Source: the human T2T-CHM13v2.0 reference genome, Homo sapiens. Taken from it: 64,000 nt of DNA. Within the stretch, counting starts at the first letter, position 1. Every line of letters begins with the position of its first letter. Of the stretch, positions 62,881-64,000 are shown piece after piece. Location: assembly GCF_009914755.1 (NCBI RefSeq), contig NC_060940.1. One strand, 5' to 3'. The translations under genes were made by a program, and so were the position numbers. The notes under the pieces are model-generated. The model worked only from the letters and a program-made list of their open reading frames with translations. It was not told where the DNA came from and made no database searches.

Positions 62881-63247
62881 GACAGAAAAGTACCCCCTCT
62901 ATATATATATCTATATCCTCCACAGGCCCAAGAGTTCAAGGACTTGCTGTAGTAAGAGCCTACTATGCACTATACATTCAATATCCACGATAATTGGGTA
63001 AACCTTTTCTGTAAGATCTTATCCAGTCTTCTAATCTTGTTTTAAGAGAATTCTCTTTTAAAATGTACTATAACCTTTCTAGTGGGAAATTAACAATTCA
63101 CAGGAAAAGAATGTAAACAATTTTTACCTGCACAGTAGACTAATCAACTTATGCCTGTGCAAGGCGTTAGTAAGAGGCATCCAGAATAAGAGGAGATACA
63201 AGTCTTTGGAAGGTGTATGTGATTGGTCCCCATTTTCCCAGCCTTAC

Positions 63248-63403
63248 CCTGTGATTTCCTCATGTCTTTGGTGGCTAAAGCACGACTGCCATGCTGAACA
63301 CTGGTGAACTCAGGGCTGGTCACATTGTTAACCCTCAGCTCTTGCCCCAACGACTTCCGACCATAAGTATTTTCCCCAGATCCTCCATTGACACTGTAGC
63401 CAC
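63248..63403 (-). pseudogene. SMG1P: SMG1P exon ~3 (GYSVNGGSGENTYG..RKSQ)
   Basis: ORF track; tttgtag|GT GGC..CAG G|gtaagg. Confidence 0.92.
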
Positions 63404-64000
63404 CTACAAACAGCAATGTGTACGTTATTTAAATATGATTGTTCGTTTCATTCAGTCAATTTCCTGATAGCTCAGGATCTTACTACTCAATCTGCAGCTC
63501 AACCAGCCTTTGCTTCTCCTACCTTTTTCCTGTACTGTCTGCCTTGAAAATCATTTTCATTTCTTTTAATACACCTTTGAAGTTAAATTAATTTTATTTT
63601 GATCCCTTCATTGGAAAATAAGCAAAGAAATGAAAACTAAATTAAATCAAATTTTGCACCTTAAAACTTTCTTGAAGTTTAGAGACAGTAGCCAAGAGGA
63701 ACTTCAACCTTAGCTAAATATTTTTGAAAATAAAAACAAAAATAGTATTGTATCTTTTTTGTAAGAAAACTGCATTGATGAATTATGTACGGAAAAATTT
63801 TAAATTTTAAAAATAATAAAGTGGATAAACGTCCTATGAAGTTTTCAGAAATAACACTGCATTTGTTATTCGTATTTTAAATATATTAGAAGAAAGCGAG
63901 AAAGTTGGGGGTGTAAGAAGGCAAGAAGGTGGGATAGGTAGGTTCAAAAAACATGCTTGTAGCAATAAGAAAATATATATACCCTTTTCGTCATTCTGTA

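Overview
Human/great-ape genomic DNA, very Alu-rich. It is recognisable as a chromosome 16p segmental-duplication mosaic (SMG1P block next to the NPIP/LCR16a core). Both genes lie on the minus strand. (1) 25.7-63.4 kb holds 27 exons (equivalent to SMG1 exons ~3-29) of a duplicated, unprocessed SMG1 pseudogene. It has four in-frame stops, one frameshift and two damaged splice donors, and it ends long before the PIKK kinase domain. (2) At 3645-3764 is the first coding exon of an NPIPB gene ([11 protein letters not shown]...); the rest of that gene lies left of the window. The most interesting signal is that the NPIPB start exon is the middle one of three fossil exons from the 3' end of an ACSM1-like acyl-CoA synthetase (4683-4765, 3645-3764, 1369-1455). 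Its ATG appears to have arisen at the old splice acceptor, and the old terminal exon is still open and in phase, giving a latent 68-aa ORF. The SMG1 pseudogene also keeps a clean 546-codon spliced ORF over exons 16-27. The ~20 kb between the genes is a stack of nested elements: L1PA, a HERV-H env fragment with two LTR7 copies in one Alu, MER41A, THE1, MER1 and MER4-group sequence. Gene and repeat identities come from recalled sequences, not database searches. The exact paralog (SMG1P1-6; NPIPB3/4/5/11/12/13) cannot be fixed from this window. I see no wholly new system, and parts of this architecture are probably already described.
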